A stretch of DNA of 64,000 bases, from NCBI GenBank assembly GCA_904063045.1, contig CAJFCJ010000013.1:473954-537953 (forward strand), written 5' to 3'. Numbering within the stretch: position 1 is the stretch's first letter; the number at the start of each line of letters is the position of its first letter. Of the stretch, positions 54,193-64,000 are shown in pieces. The notes beneath the pieces were generated by a model. The model was not told the DNA's origin. It searched no databases and saw nothing but the letters and a program-made list of their open reading frames with translations. This stretch comes from Dimorphilus gyrociliatus (taxonomy: Eukaryota; Animalia; Annelida). The position numbers and the translations under genes were made by a program.

Positions 54193-54538
54193 GTTGAAAT
54201 ATAAAATATTTTGTAATTCAGATGTCACTATATCATATTTAAAGTTCTCAAATTATTTTTAAAAAAATTTTCGTATATTAAATAAATTACTAAATATTGC
54301 TGATTGTATAAATTTCGTGAAAATCCACTCTAATTTTTTTTTATTTTTCAAAACAAGAATGATGGGATACAAAATGGCCGTTACGAAAAGTGAACCAAAC
54401 TGCTAAACTATATTTGAAGGAAGTTTTTGTCAGTTTCTAGCGATATTATCGTTAGATTTCTGATAGAAAATCTAACGGAATTAGTTTGCAATCTATAATA
54501 TAGCTAAATCACCAAAGTATATGGCAGAACCTTAAATC

Positions 54539-57500
54539 ATGGCAAATGCCGATTACAGAGTCAATGCTCTATGCCCAATTGACCCGCGCATGGATCCACG
54601 ACGTTATAATGAAGCATACAGAGGTAAGAAAAACGTAAAAGATGGAAAATATGACATAAATGTTGAATTTTGCCTCAGGTCGTGAAGGTGCAAACGTGCA
54701 GCGCCCTAAGAAAGAAGACTTTATATCTTTTAAGCTAATAAAAGACCCTTTTATTCATAAATGCGAAGCTAAAGTTTATCGCTACGACGGGAAACCTATA
54801 GAAGTATGTTATACTCTTACAAATTTTAAACTTGGAAAAAGCAACTAACCTTTTAATTCAATTACAGAACCAACCACATGTCGAAGTAAAAGATCCAAGG
54901 AAACGTCTAGATTACCTAGATAGGAAATTGGCCTTCGCTCAACTTGATGTACTTCTCCCCGTACCAATGCTAAAAGTATTTTGACCAAAACTAAATATCT
55001 GAAAAATATTAATCAACGTAAACTTTTTAAATAGGAGGATGACTGCTATGTAGGCCCTTTGCTCAGGAGAGAAGTTACTATCGTCAATCTGAATAATAAC
55101 ATTGACTTAAAATTCCTGAACAATATGGCCCGAGATTATAAGATTTTGAATTCAAAAATATACTTTCATCCTAATACAGGAAAACATCTTGGAATTGCCA
55201 AGGTAAGCGAAAGTAAATAAATGAGAATAGTTTGTTTACATTTAAGTTAAAATATTACAGATTGCATTCTCATTACTTTGTGAAGCTCAGGATTTTGTAG
55301 AAAAATTTGATGGAAAACCCCAAATGGGTCTAAAAATCCACGTATTTTTTGACCCTAAAGGTATAAATGTCAGTCATCTATTATTTAAATTCTAACCTCG
55401 ATTATTTTTCTTTCTTTAGGGAAAACTAGACAAAATTTAATTGTGGAAAAAATTAACGAAGTACATCAACCAGCAACAGCTGCCCCTGTTAAAGAAGCAA
55501 AGACCTCCCCTCTTAATACTTCCCGCGATCATTCTCTCGAGAGAAAAACATCCCAAACAAAGGATGTACAACAGCAATCAACTCGAGATCCAAGATCTTC
55601 TAGGTCTAGCACTGATACTCTTCAAGAGGATAACTTTTCCTATCGGGACTCATACAGATACTACGAACGTGATAGGCGAGATACCAGACGATATAACTAT
55701 GATAACAGAAGAAGAGAGAAGTACAATAGAGGCGACAATTACTATCGAGATGATTCAGCTAGCCACAAAAGAAATTATCATAGAAACGACTCTATTAAAG
55801 AGCAAATTGAACAGCCACCACCCCCGGCTGAAAATGCAGTTGAGCCCGATAAAGATATTGAAATGGATCAAGCCGAACCATACACAGGTTATAATGGTCA
55901 AGAAGGCATAGAAGACGGAGAGCTTGAAGACGACGAAAGGACAGCCAGTCTTGATACCAGAATAAATATGCTTTTGGGTGTTGATCACGAAGAACCTGAA
56001 AATGGTGAAGCTTGTCACTTAAATATTGATCAACCCGCCGTTGAAGAGGAAGTGCTAACTACCTTTGAAGAATCTCAAACCAACGACCAACAACTTGAAT
56101 TGCCAGAAAGCTGTGATAAGACAAATGATAATGATGATAGAATGAGCCTGTCGAGCATTTCAAACGGAGACGAAAAGATTGAATTGAATGACGCGTGCTT
56201 AGACGGGGTAATGCCATTTTTTTCATTTTCTCTTGAAATAATTTTCTAAACAATAATCATTCTATATAGGAGAATAGAAGTGTTTCTCTTTGGGAACACG
56301 AGAGGCAGAAGCAAATTATGAAGAATGCTCTAGAAGGTACAACTAATCATCTTCGAGACGTGCTGTATACCGATGTCTTTCGAAAATCAATACAAGTATT
56401 CGGATTTGATGTTTTTGAAGAATGGTTTGAAAAGTCTAAAAAAGCAGCGAAAGTAAGATTAAAATTGCGTGTCTTTTCCTCTCTCTCATTTTCTATCAAA
56501 TATTCCAAATAGAAACCAGATATAGAAAACGATCAGAAAACTGTTGAATCGACAAATAAAACAGAGAGCGATACTGAAAAACATGATACGGAAAAGCCAA
56601 TAACAACACCTCAAATTCTTACCAGTGAAAATCTTTTTGAAAATATCGGTAGTGGAGGTTTCCTCGGTTTACGAGCTGGTATGCCAAAAATGAGATCATT
56701 TAAAGTTCCAGTAAGTAAATCAAATTTTCGTTGAAACTTAAAATTAAATATATTGCTTTTACCAGAAAAAACCAAGAGCTCCGTCTCCAACTGTAACACA
56801 GCCAAACTCGAGAAAGTCACCATCAGGTACAGTTGTTTTTTTATTACACTGAATTTAAATTAACTAAATGATTAATTTTTTTCAGAGAACTCAGAAGATG
56901 ATGACGTGAGTGATGAAGATTTTGTGACCAATAATCAAAAGAAACCACCAAAACGACGGGAGAAAATACGGTATAGTTCTTCTTCCCTGTCGGAGGAGAG
57001 TGAATCCTCGTCTAGTATCAGTAGTGACGAAGGACCAAATGGCACACCTATTGCTTCCGATTTCGATGCAAAGTCCACCGGCTCCGAAGTTGATTTAGAC
57101 GCAGAAATTGATATCAACAAAATACGGTAGGTACAAAAAGAGGAAACAATTCTTTCACGTTTGTTCGTGATTTGATCAGTGGTCAACTTAAAAGGAAAGG
57201 TTCGGTCGATGCGAAGGAAGAAGAGGGATGGCAATCACCTGTTTTTAGTTCATCTCGACAGGAAAAACTATCATCTAATCGAGGGAGGGGAAGAGGAAGA
57301 AAGACTAACCGACGGTAATATTGCTCAATTTTCGTTACGATAAGCCAACAATATAGTCTTATTTCCAGAGATTCCTCTCGAATCGACGAACCAATACCTG
57401 AATTTAACTTAAAGAAGGAACCACAAACACCTGAATTTGATATTCCTGACAATAAATCATTTTCTGAAAGGGACGCCGTCCTTACCTTACTCCAAATAAG

Positions 57501-58964
57501 TAAGAGTGGTGGTGGGACAATAAAGCAGGATGATAATTTCAATTCCACTGCTCAATCCGTTACTGCAGAACATAACTATTTTAATTCAACACCTCCACAA
57601 AAAAAACATACAGGAATATTGCCAACTTTCACTGATATCGTTGAGAAGGAACCTGTAGATAAAAAACTCGAAGAAATAAACGACTTCTTGGCGGCTGTTC
57701 TTCACGATCATTGTTATGTTTTACAAAGCACAGTAAGTCAATATATACTCCACTCTTATTAGTCACTGTTAATCTTTTTTTAATTACACCAGCCAGCAAA
57801 ATCACCTGGAAAGACACAATTGCAGTCTCCGCCCCCTACATCTAAGTCAAAGAAGATATTGTCATCTATTTCTGCTCAAGTTCCTGCCAAGAAGCAGAAA
57901 AGAATGCCCAAATCAAAGCCAAAAGCGGTTAGGTCAATTAACTTTAGCAGGAGGAATGAAAGTGAAGAACAAAAAGTGCTCAGTAACATATATGCTGACG
58001 GTATGGACAGCGAAGATATAAAACTATTAAAAATAGCTTACGACCAAATGGTTGTATCTGGTGATCACAAAGAGGTTCTTGAAGGAACTCATTGGGCTGA
58101 AACTCCAGCAACAATTGATCCACAATTTAATAAATCTAGAAAGCGTGGTGCTAAGATTGGACTTAGTGCCAGAACACAACCAGTCAGTATTTTTAAAGAA
58201 GCGCGTAAGAAGAAACAGGCTGATATAACTCAGCAATTGTCTTTCAGAGGTTTACGTAGCGTAAGTACTCTCTATTTTCCGAAATAAACAAAACAGTCTA
58301 TATTGTACTTTTTATACAGGTCTCTGATAATCGATTAAACACCATAGAACGCGATAGCCGAGCCAATCCTGTTCAATCTAGAGAAGCTCGTCTTGAGAAT
58401 CGAAGGCATCTAAATGCGATCGGAGAGTATGATTTCGATTCGGATTTGTTCAAATTTAATCAGCTTAAGGTGATGCATTTTTTTTGCATTTATAATACTG
58501 TTAAAAATACTCATTGGAAACAATGATTACAGACGAGAAGGAAACGCTTAAGATTCGATAAATCAAGTATTCATTGCTGGGGTCTATTTGCCGATGAACC
58601 CATTCAAGCTGAAGAAATGATTATTGAATATATTGGAGAGGCAATTAGATCGTCCATTGCCGACTTCCGTGAAAAGAAATATGCTCGCGAAGGTATAGGA
58701 TCAAGCTACTTATTTCGTTTGGATTCTGAAATGGTTGTAGATGCGACGAAGAAAGGAAACTTTGCGAGATTTATCAACCATTCGTGTAATCCGAATTGTT
58801 ATGCTAAAGTAGTAACAGTTGAGAGCTCAAAAAAAATAGTCATTTATTCCAAGAGAAATATCGATATTGGAGAAGAGATCACTTACGACTATAAATTTCC
58901 CTACGATGATGACAAAATTAAATGCCATTGTGGATCCGCGCAATGCCGTGGTTTTCTAAATTAG
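54539..58964 (+). CDS. SETD1: Set1/COMPASS H3K4 methyltransferase
   Basis: N-terminal FKLIKDP..KVYRYDG, RRM, N-SET with Win-like SARTQP and [12 protein letters not shown] domain ([36 protein letters not shown]) and post-[16 protein letters not shown]. Confidence 0.95.
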
Positions 58965-59407
58965 ATCTTGAACTTGGGAGCGAAATACTCTGCATAAAAT
59001 TTGTTCAAATATAAATTTGTTGCTTTTAGCAGTCTCCTTAATTTAAAATTCCGTTTTTTCTTTTGTATTACTTGTAATTATTGTATGGCAAACGGTTGCC
59101 ATGCAAAAAATTTGTACATTTGTATGAAAATACAATGTTATTTGAAACCTTTATTTGGATTGTCTACATGAAAATGCAGATTTCGTCCCAACAGCAGCTT
59201 CTATTTAACAATATTTTAAAAAGTACACAATATATAAAAGGAATGATAAACGCTTAGGTCTTTGATTCGATCGAGAGCTACAAAATTTTAACGAAAAATA
59301 ACCAAAATATTTCGATACATTCCAAAATATTTAGATAAATATTAATAAATTTTCCATAAATAATCTTCAGTGAAATTACCAAATATTTAATTCATTATAA
59401 CCTACAT

Positions 59408-60350
<943 letters not shown>

Positions 60351-60470
60351 GATTTTTGTACTCTTTCCAGAAGATTAATTATTTCAATAAATCGGACAAG
60401 TACGAGTTGTTCTTTTAGTTTTTTTTTGGATGGGTATAGCTAACTACTGAGAGGTAGGCTAAATTTTCAT

Positions 60471-60520
60471 GAGTCACGTGAGGGTACATCTAACTTTACC
60501 AAGTTATTATTCCGGAAGTG
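60471..60520. promoter_or_regulatory. E-box GTCACGTG and ETS site CCGGAAGTG upstream of ARL1
   Basis: Exact motifs at 60473-60480 and 60512-60520, ~125-170 nt upstream of the ATG. Confidence 0.4.
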
Positions 60521-61697
60521 AATTTAGAGAGTTGAAAACAAAACTTTCAAAAATATAAACAGCAAAATAACCATTAAAGATCAATAATATAGATCTTTCT
60601 ATTAAATTATTAGTATAAGAATCCAATTTTATATTATAACTACTCAGTAATCTCCAAAAAAATCTTTGATCTTGTATTTAACGTCAATAATTAAGGAATT
60701 ATAGTTAAAATAGTCATTAAAAATTAGTTGAACTCCCAAAAGTCCATAATTCGGTCGTCCAAAGTAGAATTTAGTTTAGGTAATAGTTAAATTAACATTT
60801 TTACGCGCATTTACATGCACAAAATCATAGAATAGAGGGGACACTATCGCCAATTTTACTAAAAAAAACTGGGTCAAAACTGAGAAACTGTAACAACAAT
60901 AAATTATACTTTTCTATGAATTAAATATTTATCTCGTATATGAATTATCATACTTATCAAATGTACATCTTCCCTTAAAATATAATAACGTTATTAGATC
61001 AAATTAAATACTAAAGAGTTGTTTTATTAACATTAAACCTCTTGTATTTATAATAGAAGGTAGAGGATTCATAATATTTGAAGGAATTATAATTCACGTT
61101 ATGAAATATGATTAATTAACTTAAAAATCTGTTCCTATTTTTCAACGGAGATTAATTCCGAAGAACTTTCCCTAATCTCAATGATCTAACAGTTGGAATT
61201 TGGTCCAGCTGTGAACAGATTTGATTTCTTTAATGAAAAATGTATTAATTCTTTATTATATTTTCATAATTATTTGGATTATTATATTTTTAATTAATTT
61301 TTGCGTTACATTAAGCCTATTTGTTATTCTATTTTTGGCAACTGCTAAGCACTCCCTCGATTTTTTAGGTCGGGCAAACAACTTTTTGGGCTCTCTGCTG
61401 GCGCTTTTTTGAGTAGAATAACAAGATTTTTTCAATAGATTATTAGTGCATCAATTGAGTTTTAACACCTAATTAGCTCTCAGTCGAAAATGTATAAAAA
61501 GGACGCTTGACTATAGACGTTCACAAAGCGTTCTCAACTACAGCAGTCGATTTCAACCCAGCTTCTCAAGTTTTTTGAAGAAAAGTAGAAAATTCAGTAT
61601 GTATATTTTTTTTCTATTTCAAAATAGAAATTTCTTATTTTTAAAAAGATTATCTATTAAGAGGTTAATCTAATATCTATAATAATTTATAGGCAAT

Positions 61698-64000
61698 ATG
61701 CCGAGCTTCAATAGTGACTCATCAAATTCGGAAAAATCATTTGAAGAAATACCATTAACTCCGCTAGGAACCAACTCCGGAGAAGGTGAGTTGAAAATTT
61801 TTCAATATAAACGTATTTAATAATTTATTATTTAAATAGATACCGATACTGACCGACAAAGTGTCGTAAGTAAGTAACGACTATCTAATTTATTAGGCTC
61901 TCTTTTATGTTTAATATTATTTTACAAGATGAGGAAAACGTAAGGAGCGCTTTCCCTAATATAGCCAAATCAGGTACCGAACGAAAGAGTACGTATATCT
62001 AATTATTGTTAAATTGATATTCATAATTATGATTTTTAAAAAGAGTACGATTGGATTGAATTAACCACCATGAAAATCCTATCGCCCAATAACAGTATGT
62101 ACTTGTATAAAGAATCGTAAATTTCACTACTCATCATTGTCTTGTTGTTGAGTCTTGTATAATTGACGAACAATATTATTACTCTCTCTTTTTTTCAGAC
62201 GAAGACATTCCCACTGAAGAGATGGAACAGCTATCAATGGTTGAAAATCATTTTTCGAACGATGACCAAAATAGCTCAGGTATGTTAGATACCAGTCATT
62301 TTCATAATAATTTAAAATATCTCAATTGATTTAAGGTGGTACGGAACCAAGTAGACATAATGTATCCAATACATTAGAAAGTATTAATGACAACGAGAGT
62401 ACCTCTCATTCAAGTAAGAAAAAAAATATTAAAAAGGTAATTGTCTATTTCAAATCTCGTTTTGTCATTTACAACAGTAAACGGAGCAATGGGAAACACA
62501 CCATTGGCTGGAATGGTTGAAGGTGGCGCGAGCCTAACCGCGGGTTTGGGAAACGTATCGTTGGAAAGTATTTTTGCTGCGGCGGAACTTGAAAATAATA
62601 AAAAAGGTATGATTTAAAAACAATACAATTAATGGGTTAATATTCTCAATTCCTATTTGCTACAGTAAATTTCGAGTTAAAGTTAAACAGAAGAAATAAT
62701 ACTAAAAGAGAATTTAAAAGTAAAAGTAAACACTCTGGTAAATATATAAAATAATTGAGTAAACTTTTAAAACTCAATTGGCTTTTTTAGACGCTGCACC
62801 ATGTCCAGGCATGCAAACACTCTCCTTAGATAATACTCCGGGACAAGGTAAAAAAAATTATTGAGTAATAGTAACTTTTAATCAATATTTAATTTTCAAG
62901 GTGACGCTAATTCATCCATGAGCAGTGCCGCAAATTCAGGTAAGAACGGTAAAATTTCAATTGTACCTTTTTAATCTGTAATTCGTCGTAGGCCGGAGTT
63001 CGGTTTCATGGGATGATACTGATGTTTCATCAAACCGAGTAGACGAAAGACAAACGACATTTAGCTTCGATACAAGTGACGACGAACGGATGACTCTGCC
63101 TAATAAAAACTATTTGTTTTCACCGGCGCCATCAACGACATTAAAACGTAACCCAGTTTTCATTGGTGCTCAAGAAAATGTGTCTCCATTAACCGAGAGT
63201 ATTGTATGTCAACGTAATAGAGTAAAATCAAACGTGAATGAAAATGATATGAACCAAAATGGCGAAAGTGTGAACAGTGATACTGAAAACACAAATCAGG
63301 AAAATAAAAATGTTAATGAAAATACGGAAAATACTTCCGTGTCCATTGAGCAAAATTCTGACGGAAATAACGACCATACTCGTGATGATAATAGTAATGG
63401 AGCATCCGACAATTCGACTGGATTTACCTTTGCTATAGCAACAGTAAGATTTCGCCATAAAAATGCACAAAATAAGAATCGTTCAAGGAAAGTTTTAAAA
63501 TTATGTAAAGATCACATTAAAAACGAGCAAAAACCAGATGAATCTTGCGCAAAGAGGTTCAAACGATCTACTTGCTCAGTCGATAATGATGACCAAAATA
63601 CAAATATAGATTCGAACGATAACATGGAGTATACCCATGCTATGGCTGCTATTGATACCCAACCAAATAGGTTTAAGCACAATTCAAACCAAAATGGTGA
63701 AGATGAATCAACAAACGACTTAAAAACTAGTATGGAATATACCCATGCTATGGCTGCTATCGATAACCATCCAAATAGGATCAAGCGAAATTTGAACAAG
63801 CCCGACAAACATGAACCAAAGGCTTTTTCAAGAAAGGACTTAAATTCCAATATGGAGTATACCCATGCTATGGCTGCTATCGATACTACGCATCCAAACA
63901 ACGTCCAACAAAATTCTAACCGAACTTCATACAAACAAAAATCAAGAGCAAATACCGAATACACTCACGTTGTGATAGCAAATGATACTTTGCAATATTG
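61698..64000 (+). CDS. Disordered acidic protein with MEYT(HAMAAID) repeats, possibly KNL1/Spc105-like; 3'-partial
   Basis: Ten short exons splice in phase to a long open exon starting at 62992 that runs off the window without a stop, so it is missing from the ORF track. Confidence 0.65.
63624..63971 (+). repeat. Coding repeats ATGGA(G/A)TATACCCATGCTATGGCTGCTAT(T/C)GAT x3 plus a degenerate fourth copy
   Basis: Units start at 63624, 63732, 63852 and 63954, all in the same frame. Confidence 0.95.

Noticed and set aside
59095-59108. X-box-like GTTGCCATGCAAAA
   Set aside because: Lies between convergent 3' ends of SETD1 and ARL1, not near a promoter.
63512-63964. Minus-strand ORF with SIAAIAWVYS hydrophobic repeats
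   Set aside because: Antisense shadow of the MEYT repeats; the spliced gene is on the plus strand.

Overview
AT-rich, very gene-dense eukaryotic (animal) DNA with mostly 45-80 nt GT-AG introns. About 18 protein-coding genes were reconstructed by manual splicing: TMEM268 (5' end outside the window), a GPI-anchored mucin/Ig-like protein, ALDH3A2-like, CRACR2A/Rab46-like, KIAA0930, PGP, TMED2, MYCBP2/Highwire, PPIG, IQCM-like, ASPSCR1/TUG, a calpain, SETD1, ARL1 and an MEYT-repeat gene (3' end outside the window), plus nested genes. An annelid-type DH31 neuropeptide sequence and the tiny introns point to a compact-genome annelid such as Dimorphilus; this is inference. Main highlights: (1) a five-exon DH31/calcitonin-family prohormone gene lying antisense in TMEM268 intron 3, absent from the ORF track; (2) intronless TUG nested on the same strand inside a GC-AG intron of IQCM; (3) a calpain with a DZANK1-type Fn3-associated N-terminal domain and an X-box-like promoter element; (4) a nested divergent C-type lectin; (5) a KNL1-like MEYT-repeat gene whose ten introns are all phase 1. 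Family assignments come from recalled motifs, not database searches. No rRNA, tRNA, CRISPR array or intact transposon was recognised.
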